DNA from: a virus
Strand: one strand, 5' to 3'
DNA: 64,000 bases
Virus record (IMG/VR): IMGVR_UViG_3300025280_000024
Coordinates: 1-64,000 of that record
Positions 26,032-35,499 of the stretch are shown piece after piece (position 1 is the stretch's first letter; each line of letters starts with the position of its first letter). The position numbers were made by a program, and so were the translations under genes. Below the pieces are notes generated by a model. That model did not search any database. It saw only the letters and a program-made list of their open reading frames with translations, and had not been told where the DNA came from.

Positions 26032-26479
26032 CCGTACTCCCTAGTGCCCCATCCCCTCGGCTACTATGAACTTTAACCCGTGAATACAAATTATCTTGAT
26101 CGAATTCAACTGGAGTGGCGTGAATTACTGGAATAAGCACTGCTTGTGCAATACGTTCACCAGGTTCAATTATCTGTGTCTGTTGTCCAATGTTGTGAAG
26201 GTTGATAAACACTTCACCATCATATCCAGCATCCACAACGTGAGCGCCGACAATCAATGAACGCTTTGCTGCAACACTGGAACGATTCATAATTTGGAGC
26301 ATGTATCCATGTGGAACCCCAAACTTCAAACCAGTGGGGCAAATTGCACCTTCCCGGGGATGAATTGTAACAGGTTCTCCTGAACTTGGCGCAAACGCTA
26401 AATCCATGCCGGCATCCGATGGGTTGGCACGACGTGGTGCCTTCGCTGTTTCTCTGATTTTAAAATATTCAATATTCAT
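26024..26479 (-). CDS. dut: trimeric dUTPase
   Basis: AGMDL, RSS, VVDAGYDGE, RIAQ and RGDGALGST motifs. Confidence 0.95.
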   Translation of the reverse strand: MNIEYFKIRETAKAPRRANPSDAGMDLAFAPSSGEPVTIHPREGAICPTGLKFGVPHGYMLQIMNRSSVAAKRSLIVGAHVVDAGYDGEVFINLHNIGQQTQIIEPGERIAQAVLIPVIHATPVEFDQDNLYSRVKVHSSRGDGALGSTDE

Positions 26480-26488
26480 TTTCCTCCT

Positions 26489-29400
26489 TTAGTTTGGCAA
26501 CATCTTAAAGTTTCTTCCTAACTTTCCATATGAACTAAATCCCCAGTTTTCACTGTATTTCAATTTAGCCATATATGGTCGATTAAGCTCGATATGATCT
26601 TTATTCGTAATTCCCCAGCACCATATTGTTGATGTCGCTGAAGTATCGTCTATTGCTTTAACAAGGAAGTATTCTCTTCCATTGCTGGCAACTCTTCTTG
26701 TAACTTCTCTCGGAATAAACCAGCATACCTGCAAATCAACATCATAATGGCTGATCGATGGGATATACAGCTCTTCCAGCTTTTCTCTTGATTTCTCGGA
26801 TAAAACTAGATCCATCGGGAACATTCCAGTCAAATCTGAAAGATATTCGACCTTCTCTTGTAGGAGAAGATCTCCCTCTATGGCATATTCCTCGATATTC
26901 TTATCCAGCGCTTTCTTGGTCTTTGGCCGATCATTTGCCACAGCCATCCAAAAATGCCGCATTCCAGTAAACCTTTCATCCATCAAACAGTTCAAAGTTT
27001 GACTGCGAACGAGAACATCCAATGCCTTTTTGTTCAACTTCGAATAAACGATGTTTTCGTCAAACAACAAGTCTTCAATCGTCTCAAATGGTCGATTGTC
27101 GATGATCTGCTCAATTGCTTTGTCTCCCAATCCCTTGATTGAGGACAGCGGTTGAATGAGAGTCTTGCCGTCTTCGGAAATCTCCCATGTTTCACCGGAT
27201 GTGTTGATATTCAATGTTTCGATGTTGAAACCAAATGACTTTGCAGTGTTGATTGCGCGTTCTTTCTTTTTCTCCGATTCGTGTGAAAGCACGCTCGCCA
27301 TCCACTCTGCCGGATAATAGTTGAGCAACCAAGCACACTGAAAGGAAATTATAGTATAACAGACGGCATGACTCTTGTTGAAGCCATACTTACTGAAATA
27401 AGCCATCTTCTCCCAAAAGTCGCTAGCTTGATCTGTGGTTAGTCCCTTGTCCACGCAGCCTTTTACGAACTTCTCATAAAGTCGCCCATTTCCGGCCTCG
27501 GATCCCTTTTTGATCAAAAGCTTTCGCAGCTTGTTGCCCTCATCGAGCGTAATGTTATCACCAAGTTTGTGAGCGAGTTCTGCAATATCCTCTTGAAAGA
27601 TGATGAACCCATAATTGTCACCAAGTACTTCCTCAATAATCGGATGTTCATATGTGACCATATCTGGGTGTCTTTTGGCCTCCAAATAGCTTCTATCGAC
27701 TTTTGCCCCCAGTGGACCCGGTCGATAAACACTAGTAACCATTGCGAGATCTGACAAGGAGACTGGTACAACGTTCTTGCAGAAGTTCTGCGCTCCCGAC
27801 TCGCTAAACTGAAAAACACCGCCAAATTTCCCTTTCTGGAAGATATTCTCACAAACCTCTTGATCGTCAAAATCAATAACGTCTGGATGGAGGTGTTTAT
27901 CGTAATACTCTCTTATGTCTTTAAATGCCGGCTTTTCTATATTGTGGTGGCGTTTAAGGATGTGAGTGATTGCTCCATTAATCATTTCCAACGTCGTGAG
28001 GCCGAGAATGTCAAACTTAATGAAACCCATTGGTTCCAAGTGTCTTACGTTCTGCCCCTCCGACCATGGCGTCTGCGTGACTCCTCCAGTCTTGATTAGG
28101 GGCATATGCTCATTTAGATTCTCGGCAATCACAACGCCGCCGGCATGTCTAGACGAAGATCTGATTTGACCGTGCAAAACATCAATATGATCGGAAATCT
28201 GGGAATTCCTTTGAAGAAAATTTTTCAGGCTTTCGCTATATTTCTTTAACTCTTCAAACGTGGGAGAATAGACCCCTGCTGTGATGCCGTGGTCCTTCTT
28301 GGCTTGTGGTGTAGCCTCTCTGATCATTTTGCTGGTAACTTTGTTGACTTCAGCAAAAGGAATGTCAAAGAACTTTGATATGTCTTTAATAAGAGACCGG
28401 AGCTTAAGCGTGTTCCAATTAGTGATGGGAACAACGGTGTTCGCTCCCCACTCCTCAATCAGCTTCTCCTTGAACTCTTGTGGCCTCTCTACGTCGTAGT
28501 CGATATCAGGCATACCAATCTTGGCTTGATTAGCCGACATAAACCTCTCAAATAGCAGACCGAACCTAATCGGATCAACCTGAGTAATGCCGAGCACATA
28601 AGAAGTCAAAGCACCAGCGGCGCTGCCCCTGCCGGCGCCAACCAGCCTATCCATCCTGGCTCTGTCTGCAATCGCTTTCATGGTAAGAAAGTATTTCGCA
28701 AATCCCTGATCGTTGATGATTTTCAACTCATGTGCTAGCCTATCAATGTATTCTTTCTTTTTGTGAAGATCACGCCGGCGTAACCCTGTTTGACAGAAAA
28801 ACTTCAATGCTTGCTCTGGAGTTTTACCCTTTGGAACAACAAAATCAGGTAATCTTATTTTGGTTTCTGGCGTATAGTCTTCAATAAGAGTGTGTGCGAT
28901 GTAGTGAGTTCTTTCTATTGATTGACGCACTAAGTCATCATCATAGTTAACTTCCATCTTTTCACAACATGTTTTGTAGGAATCAAAAACCTGATCGCCA
29001 TTCTTGACAAACAGTTCACACTGTGTTTCTTCGATGGACTCTGGCAAAGGATCGATGTCACTGGCTTTCTTCTTTCCTAACCAGGCCAAACGCTTGTATA
29101 GTTCTCTATCGATCCACTTCTCTTTCACTGAATAATGACAGTCAGCCGCAGTGACCAAAGGTACATCAAATTCTTTTGCGATTTTAATGACAAGCTTATT
29201 TAATTCATGCTGTTCTGGTATTATATTCCATTGGATCTCGGCATGCCAGCGATCACCAAAGATTGCCAGCATCCTGCGAGTTGTCTCCCTCATAGCGTCT
29301 AACACAGCCTCTTCGCCCTCTTCGCGGAGTTCCCAGTAGCTGCCGGCATAAATGCCACCTAGGCACGCAGAGGTCGCGACGATGCCTTCATTGTGTTTCT

Positions 29401-29896
29401 CCAGCATAGCATAGTCAATTCGCGGAAAACGATAAAAGTTGGGCGACTGATAAGACTTCGAGACCATTTTGAAGAGATTGTTTAAACCAGTCTGGTTTTG
29501 TGCCAGCAGTACAAGGTGCCTTCTCTTGTTGAGAGGGTTTCTCTTATTGTTTGGCCTCTCACCCTCTTCTACAAGAGTGGTTGCAACCTTCTCTTTCTTC
29601 TTTTGTTTTTTCTCGTTGTATAGCTCTTCCCATTCTTCAATAGAGGGATGAAAATATGCTTCAACACCATAAATTGCTTTAAATTCTTTTCCCTGCTCCT
29701 TCATCTCTTTTTCGTGGAGAAGCATATAAGGAAGTGAACTCATGTTTCCATGATTTGTGATTGCGTGAGCATCTAATCCTAGATCATACGCTGTGTCAAA
29801 ATGTTCTTGTGGATATCCTAAACCATCACCAACTGAATAGACATCGTGTGCGTGTAGATTTACAAATGGAATTGTTGGTCGATATCGTTCAGTCAC
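26489..29896 (-). CDS. dnaE: DNA polymerase III alpha subunit (family C)
   Basis: PHP domain (HAH, TNHG, DCH), GRGSAAG, MPDIDYD, HAGG, KFDILG, FNKSH, HhH and OB fold. Confidence 0.96.
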   Translation of the reverse strand: MTERYRPTIPFVNLHAHDVYSVGDGLGYPQEHFDTAYDLGLDAHAITNHGNMSSLPYMLLHEKEMKEQGKEFKAIYGVEAYFHPSIEEWEELYNEKKQKKKEKVATTLVEEGERPNNKRNPLNKRRHLVLLAQNQTGLNNLFKMVSKSYQSPNFYRFPRIDYAMLEKHNEGIVATSACLGGIYAGSYWELREEGEEAVLDAMRETTRRMLAIFGDRWHAEIQWNIIPEQHELNKLVIKIAKEFDVPLVTAADCHYSVKEKWIDRELYKRLAWLGKKKASDIDPLPESIEETQCELFVKNGDQVFDSYKTCCEKMEVNYDDDLVRQSIERTHYIAHTLIEDYTPETKIRLPDFVVPKGKTPEQALKFFCQTGLRRRDLHKKKEYIDRLAHELKIINDQGFAKYFLTMKAIADRARMDRLVGAGRGSAAGALTSYVLGITQVDPIRFGLLFERFMSANQAKIGMPDIDYDVERPQEFKEKLIEEWGANTVVPITNWNTLKLRSLIKDISKFFDIPFAEVNKVTSKMIREATPQAKKDHGITAGVYSPTFEELKKYSESLKNFLQRNSQISDHIDVLHGQIRSSSRHAGGVVIAENLNEHMPLIKTGGVTQTPWSEGQNVRHLEPMGFIKFDILGLTTLEMINGAITHILKRHHNIEKPAFKDIREYYDKHLHPDVIDFDDQEVCENIFQKGKFGGVFQFSESGAQNFCKNVVPVSLSDLAMVTSVYRPGPLGAKVDRSYLEAKRHPDMVTYEHPIIEEVLGDNYGFIIFQEDIAELAHKLGDNITLDEGNKLRKLLIKKGSEAGNGRLYEKFVKGCVDKGLTTDQASDFWEKMAYFSKYGFNKSHAVCYTIISFQCAWLLNYYPAEWMASVLSHESEKKKERAINTAKSFGFNIETLNINTSGETWEISEDGKTLIQPLSSIKGLGDKAIEQIIDNRPFETIEDLLFDENIVYSKLNKKALDVLVRSQTLNCLMDERFTGMRHFWMAVANDRPKTKKALDKNIEEYAIEGDLLLQEKVEYLSDLTGMFPMDLVLSEKSREKLEELYIPSISHYDVDLQVCWFIPREVTRRVASNGREYFLVKAIDDTSATSTIWCWGITNKDHIELNRPYMAKLKYSENWGFSSYGKLGRNFKMLPN

Positions 29897-30149
29897 GCCG
29901 GCCCTCTAATTCATATATTTCTTTCTTCAATTTTCTGCATTCTATCTCTGCCACTGCCAAGTCTCTTTCTAGATCTGAAACTGTCAGTTCAAGATCAGTG
30001 ATTACGTTTTCAATACTGTCTTCATAGTTCTCAGCAAAAGAATCAACAAAATATTTCTGCTCAACTGATAATTCATCATAATAAAAAGGAAACCCTATAT
30101 CATCTTTAATGTAATATACAATTGAGTTGTAGTTTTCTTCATTCGTCAT
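29889..30149 (-). CDS. hypothetical coiled-coil protein
   Basis: Coupled ORF. Confidence 0.55.
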   Translation of the reverse strand: MTNEENYNSIVYYIKDDIGFPFYYDELSVEQKYFVDSFAENYEDSIENVITDLELTVSDLERDLAVAEIECRKLKKEIYELEGRRD

Positions 30150-31059
30150 CGAGTGGTTCTCCTAGTTTGTTCCATTCTCTATAGTGAAGCATCCTTTTCG
30201 AAGGTCTCTTCATTGTCTTACGTTCATCTGATGCTATATAATAACAGTATTTCTCCCATTTGTCAACATTAAAATACCATGGAATCTCTAAAATCGTATC
30301 TTTTTCTGTATTTATCTCTATAATATCAAAAACATCCTCCAAAGTGAAAAACCGGCCTGAATATCTTTCTTCTTTTGGCAATCTTTTCTTTTTTTCTCCG
30401 AATGGAGTAGGTTTTACCCAATTAGTTGTAGCTTTTTTTCTAAAATTCTTTGTGAACTTTTTGATGTCGGCCGTTTTAAATGTAAAGCCTAAATATTCCC
30501 CATCTTTGATTGTCTTTCCTTGATAAGAAAGAAAAAACCCTTTCTTGTTTGAAATTTTGTTCTTTTCTCTCTGATTTCTCACGATCCATGGTTGATATAT
30601 GCCATAAGGGAATGCTACGTAACACCGGCCAGGCACTACCCATCTGCTGATCAAACTGCTAATCTTGCAGGCAGCTATAGCACCATATAACACACTCCAA
30701 GAAAGACAATCTCTCTTCTCTACATCTTTAGATGGTACTGGAACATAAAATATTGGTATTGCTTTCTTGGATTTACCTGGTTTTGGATCCATATATCGAT
30801 AATTCCAGACAGGATCTTCTACCATATCTCCGAGCCTATACCTTATCAAAGGTTGTATATCATCGTTGCAAATGATCCAAATTGTTTTACAGCCGGCATA
30901 GGCACATTCAACAACTGCCCTCTCGACTGCAAGATAATTTTGTGCAATTGGCATCATTGCATCGTGCCATGGCATATTAAAATCTAAGTCTTGCCCGGAA
31001 ACGGGTATAATACCGGCCAAATGAAAAAATTTGTCTTCATTTATTTCTTCTATATTCAT
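30139..31059 (-). CDS. divergent nucleotidyltransferase-like (NTP_transferase fold) protein
   Basis: AGIIPVSG...MMPIA...AGCKTIWII. The canonical GGxGTRL...PK motif is eroded. Confidence 0.55.
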   Translation of the reverse strand: MNIEEINEDKFFHLAGIIPVSGQDLDFNMPWHDAMMPIAQNYLAVERAVVECAYAGCKTIWIICNDDIQPLIRYRLGDMVEDPVWNYRYMDPKPGKSKKAIPIFYVPVPSKDVEKRDCLSWSVLYGAIAACKISSLISRWVVPGRCYVAFPYGIYQPWIVRNQREKNKISNKKGFFLSYQGKTIKDGEYLGFTFKTADIKKFTKNFRKKATTNWVKPTPFGEKKKRLPKEERYSGRFFTLEDVFDIIEINTEKDTILEIPWYFNVDKWEKYCYYIASDERKTMKRPSKRMLHYREWNKLGEPLDDE

Positions 31060-31972
31060 TCCAATCCATTTTTCGATTAACTTTGTATGAATAACTCTGA
31101 TTATCGATGAAATATTTATTAATTATGTCTTCTTCGCTGTCGTGTACAAATTCAATAGACTTAGTATCTTCATATAAATTTATCTGCAGAGGTATTGTCT
31201 CCCTTCTTTCAGATTCAATCTTTAAAGCATAATATTTATACTTTGTTTTATCCAGCATATCACGACCATTGCGGGCGCCCCTTATGCCGGCAGCTTTCAT
31301 AATATCCAACACTTTAAACTTCACATATGTGTCTGAATAGTTACTATCTTGAAGTTGCTTTTCAGTTAAATAAGAAACAGCTACAGCATCCTTTCTTTCT
31401 GGATGATAACCATCATACCTTTCTGTGCAATAGAGAAAAACTTCATTCACGAAATCATCTGATGTCTCAAAGTATTCATAAGAATGAGTTGTGCAACTTT
31501 TCATTTTGATCCAATCAAGGACTTTGTATAAACCTTCGTTAATATTGTCTATTTTGTCAGGTAAACCATGAATATTGGCATCATCGAAAATAAACAACTG
31601 TTCATACTTAAAACCAATCTGTGATCTTTCTGTTATGACACGTAGTATATTGTTGTCATCCAGTCTAATAGAAACAACTTTATCTGATAGCGGGTTCAAG
31701 CCGGCGAGTGATAAGACAAAAAGAAGATGTTTATAAGTATCTACCTTGGAAACTCCAAAGTTTATTTTTCCTTCTTTTCCCTGCAGTGATATTTTTTCTT
31801 CAGGAATAATCAAAGACGACAGGTTGTCAGTGTGGGCAAAAAAATCAAACCTAAAAGGTATCCTAAGTTCATTGTTTATAAGCGTATAGTTGTTTAAATA
31901 AGCAAACAGTACTGCGTTTAAACCATTACCAATAACAAGATTATCAACATCATAAACGATCTTGTTCAACAT
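31037..31972 (-). CDS. divergent FAD/NAD Rossmann-like protein
   Basis: DNLVIGNGLNAVLFAY N-terminal dinucleotide-binding-like motif. Confidence 0.5.
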   Translation of the reverse strand: MLNKIVYDVDNLVIGNGLNAVLFAYLNNYTLINNELRIPFRFDFFAHTDNLSSLIIPEEKISLQGKEGKINFGVSKVDTYKHLLFVLSLAGLNPLSDKVVSIRLDDNNILRVITERSQIGFKYEQLFIFDDANIHGLPDKIDNINEGLYKVLDWIKMKSCTTHSYEYFETSDDFVNEVFLYCTERYDGYHPERKDAVAVSYLTEKQLQDSNYSDTYVKFKVLDIMKAAGIRGARNGRDMLDKTKYKYYALKIESERRETIPLQINLYEDTKSIEFVHDSEEDIINKYFIDNQSYSYKVNRKMDWNEYRRNK

Positions 31973-32156
31973 TTCTCTTTTTTAATTCTTCTTCTAGCCT
32001 TGACAGTTTGTTTCTTTCAATTACGCGCTGCAGCTTCTTTGGTTTCTCTTTTTTAATTTTTTCTTTTTGTGCATCGATGAGTAGTTGTAAACTGTAATCG
32101 GTTAATTGACTAAGCGTTTTTCTTACAACTTTCTTCTCGGGTATTGTGGGATTCAT
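31950..32156 (-). CDS. basic hypothetical protein
   Basis: Coupled ORF. Confidence 0.5.
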   Translation of the reverse strand: MNPTIPEKKVVRKTLSQLTDYSLQLLIDAQKEKIKKEKPKKLQRVIERNKLSRLEEELKKRNVEQDRL

Positions 32157-32440
32157 TCAAAAACTCCCACTATATAATTCTCCAATATCAAATAAAAAGT
32201 TGATTCATTCAAAACAACCTCTTGAATCATAGAAGAATCAACCATTACTGACATTCCATTTAGAGAACGAAATTCCGTTTTACAATCTTGTGCAACTTTA
32301 ATTATTTTAACCGCTACATAGGGCTCTGTCGCTGCCATTTTATAACCTTCTGGCAACAAAACGGATACTTGTTCTTTTTCTTTAACCTCGGCCTTAATTG
32401 GCTTTATCAATAAGTGTCTATTTACTGGTCTTAAGCTCAT
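32153..32440 (-). CDS. groES: co-chaperonin GroES-like protein
   Basis: LRPVNRHLLIKP...VLLPE...FYLILENYIVGV matches the Cpn10 layout. Confidence 0.75.
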   Translation of the reverse strand: MSLRPVNRHLLIKPIKAEVKEKEQVSVLLPEGYKMAATEPYVAVKIIKVAQDCKTEFRSLNGMSVMVDSSMIQEVVLNESTFYLILENYIVGVFE

Positions 32441-32448
32441 TTTTCCTC

Positions 32449-35400
32449 CTATAGCTCACAGTAGTCGCCGTCACAGAACTTTGTTCCATTGCCGGCATTG
32501 TTTGTCTTAATTCTCTGAATTGGTATGACATCTTTAATCATTTCCTTATATTGTTCTCTTGTGATCGGTTCGTATGGTGCCTGCACATAGCCAGTCTCCT
32601 TGTATTTTAGAAATGAGACCGCCTTCAGTCTTGTTTCATACATTTCCAAAGCAGATTTAATGTCTTTTGCTTCTTCGGGTTGAAACGTGCAAGTGATACT
32701 CACAGAATTGTCTGCCCAATAATGTTGATATTGCGCAGCAATCTCAAGCTGTTCCCAAATGCTAACATCTTTCTTTCCTTTCTCGAAAAACGGTTCGTGA
32801 ATGGGAAACTCCACAACCTTTGTGTTTGGCGAGTATTCATCATCTTCGATCTTGAAGCCGTGCTCTCCAATAGTCTTAAGAAGATCAGAATCAGCTGAGA
32901 AGCGAATGCGACGAATATAGAACTCTGATTCGGGAAAATGAATCCCAGGTGTTGAGCCGTTGAGCAGTGATACTGTTCCCGATGGTTTGATGCTCGTTGT
33001 GCGCACAGAGCGAGGGACGCACAGCCAATCTGAATAACCCTTATCTAGTTTTCTCACTTCTTCGTAAGCATTATCACACCAGTTATATAGCTCTCTTCGG
33101 CCGTGCTTGTTGAAAGCTTGAACAACGCCCGACTGTGAAAGTCCGATGCGGCGATTCTTCAACATAATGCCGTTTGTCTCTGGCCAATGCGTATTAACCA
33201 GTGTGACTGTTTTCCCGTACATATAAGCAATCTTCAATGTCTTCAAGTAATCTTCATAGTCGTCGTGCTTGGCCGGAAACGTCTCTACTAAGCAGCATAA
33301 TTCTGCATCTTCCAACTGTTGTTCGACACAATTGTGAGCATACAACCCGTTTGCATCAAAAGCGTGTACTTCTGCAACCGTAATATCATATACAGGTTCT
33401 TCTCCCAAGCCAGTAATCGAACTAACTGTTGCCAAGAATTTAGTCTTATTGGGTTTACGCTTATATTCCGAAAGCAAAGTCTTTAACTTAAGACGCTTTG
33501 AGTCGTGAGAAAAGCCAATTCTTTCTTCATAATAAAATAAGTCTTCACCAGAAATCACAAGCTCATGTGATGCCTTTGTATCATACCAAGCATTTCCACC
33601 CTTTCCATCGGGTAGATATGATTTGCCGGCAACTCTTCTGTTTTGATAAATTCGACTGGAAATCCCCATTCTCAATAACATTCTTTGAACAGCTTGTAAC
33701 CTTTCTGTGTTAGACTGAGATAATCTTATCGATACACCGTTGGCTTGTGTACCTTGAACACTACCATCAGCATCAAAAAACCCACGAAGATAGCCGGAAT
33801 AGAACTCACAAGATGTTTGTTCAATATTCTCAGTAACTCGCTTAGTTCTGTCAATATTATAAGAGGAGGCTAACTTGTTCAATTCACCTAAACGCAGCCT
33901 GCTCTCGTTCCTTGAAGTTATATGAGACCAACCCTTGAAATCTTTACGCTTTTTCATTGGGGCAATTGAATTTAACACTTCTGTCATAATGCCAGTGTGA
34001 GATTCATCGTCTTCATGCCAAACGGATAAAATCGCCTGCTCTTTCGCAAACGTTCCGTCTCCCGTCAAAAGCCCAAGAAGATATCCCTCACCAAAAATCC
34101 CTTCACCTTTCCACTGATAGCCGCGATGATCGTTCAACACGATTTTATCATCGACGGAAATCTCCGACAATGGAAGCCACCCTTTCGAAGTCATAAGTTT
34201 GTGATTATCGGTTAGTTTAAGAGTGTGACCTTCAGCAGTCTCAATCTCAAAAACTTTCTTAATTCCTGTTTTCCAAAACCCATTACTGGTTGACTCGTAC
34301 TCTTTGCCGTCGACAATGATTTTCCCAAAATCAACATTCTGAATCATATCGCGAACTTGCCTGGGTCCAGTCGAAGTGTGTATCCAAGTATCGACTGTAA
34401 CACATGGATTGAAACCTGCGACATTAATGTCATCATCTCTATATCCGTCCTTCATCCTGCCACGAGTTTTGGCATTATCTAGCCAGATGTATCCTGGTTC
34501 TCCGTTCTTTTGTGATTGTTCTGAATGCCAAGTATAATCCATCCCAACATAGGCATTAAAAGAGTTGTTTGATCCCCATCGATGTGAATACAACTTCTTC
34601 TCATCATTCTTCATTGAAAGATAATCCATGTCGTTGTATTCACCCAGAGCTAACGCAGCAGATCGTCGAACGTTGCCGGCAACAACACATTTGCCAATGA
34701 GGTTTTCTGTGTCAACGATTGTTGTTGAGCGGATTTCTTTTCCTATCCGTTCGTCATAAAGCTCTTTGAGATCATCGTGAAGTTGCTTCAAAGGTTTGTA
34801 TCCAGAAGAGGTACCGCCGAATCCCTTGATTGGGGCACCATATTCTCGGATCTTGCTGTAATCAAACCTTGGAACTCTTTGACCGAAGAAATACCCATCC
34901 AACAAAATCTGAACTGATTCACACCAGCCTTCGCGGTCGTCTGGAACATAATGTACTTCGTCTATCCATTCGGGTTGCTTTACCGTGAGCTTTCTGGACC
35001 CGAGAGTATCAAAACCAACGCCCACGCCAAGCATAAGAGCGTCCATAATCCAACGGAATAGATAACCACCTTTGGTGTCGATTTCGCGTGTTGATCTAAA
35101 AGAACAGTTAAATAGTCCTGCACCGGTGCGTTCCTCCACGAATTTTGTGCCCATCATCCACAGCCCTCGGCCGGGTGGAGTCCATTTGAGGTTAAATAGT
35201 CGATCATAAGCTTCTTTTGCTGTCTTCTGTGCTTTTGTATCGTTCCATTCCAATCCAAGACTGGCAACGTGTTTCTTCTGAATCGTGAACATCCCTTCGA
35301 TGACTCTGCGACAGGTTTGAAACCACTCTTCCGTGCCTTCTGTTCCTGGATCAAATTCATCTAGCCGACGCGCATAAGTCCTCTTGTATGTAATATAGCC

Positions 35401-35499
35401 AACAGGACCCCATGGGACTTCTTCATGTCTATATTGATCAATGAAAACCTCCGATAAGCGAAACCTTCTTACTGTCTGTTGGTATGGATCATATTTCAT
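32449..35499 (-). CDS. nrdJ: class II (B12-dependent) ribonucleotide reductase containing an intein
   Basis: TPPGRGLW, FNC, GNVRRSA, NP|CVEQ, KPSGTVS motifs and a C-terminal CDGDYC. Confidence 0.95.
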   Translation of the reverse strand: MKYDPYQQTVRRFRLSEVFIDQYRHEEVPWGPVGYITYKRTYARRLDEFDPGTEGTEEWFQTCRRVIEGMFTIQKKHVASLGLEWNDTKAQKTAKEAYDRLFNLKWTPPGRGLWMMGTKFVEERTGAGLFNCSFRSTREIDTKGGYLFRWIMDALMLGVGVGFDTLGSRKLTVKQPEWIDEVHYVPDDREGWCESVQILLDGYFFGQRVPRFDYSKIREYGAPIKGFGGTSSGYKPLKQLHDDLKELYDERIGKEIRSTTIVDTENLIGKCVVAGNVRRSAALALGEYNDMDYLSMKNDEKKLYSHRWGSNNSFNAYVGMDYTWHSEQSQKNGEPGYIWLDNAKTRGRMKDGYRDDDINVAGFNPCVTVDTWIHTSTGPRQVRDMIQNVDFGKIIVDGKEYESTSNGFWKTGIKKVFEIETAEGHTLKLTDNHKLMTSKGWLPLSEISVDDKIVLNDHRGYQWKGEGIFGEGYLLGLLTGDGTFAKEQAILSVWHEDDESHTGIMTEVLNSIAPMKKRKDFKGWSHITSRNESRLRLGELNKLASSYNIDRTKRVTENIEQTSCEFYSGYLRGFFDADGSVQGTQANGVSIRLSQSNTERLQAVQRMLLRMGISSRIYQNRRVAGKSYLPDGKGGNAWYDTKASHELVISGEDLFYYEERIGFSHDSKRLKLKTLLSEYKRKPNKTKFLATVSSITGLGEEPVYDITVAEVHAFDANGLYAHNCVEQQLEDAELCCLVETFPAKHDDYEDYLKTLKIAYMYGKTVTLVNTHWPETNGIMLKNRRIGLSQSGVVQAFNKHGRRELYNWCDNAYEEVRKLDKGYSDWLCVPRSVRTTSIKPSGTVSLLNGSTPGIHFPESEFYIRRIRFSADSDLLKTIGEHGFKIEDDEYSPNTKVVEFPIHEPFFEKGKKDVSIWEQLEIAAQYQHYWADNSVSITCTFQPEEAKDIKSALEMYETRLKAVSFLKYKETGYVQAPYEPITREQYKEMIKDVIPIQRIKTNNAGNGTKFCDGDYCEL
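33331..34404 (-). mobile_element. intein (358 aa) with a LAGLIDADG homing endonuclease
   Basis: Begins CVTVDTWI, has block B TDNHKL, LGLLTGDG and LRGFFDADG, and ends VYDITV...AHN|C. Confidence 0.95.
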
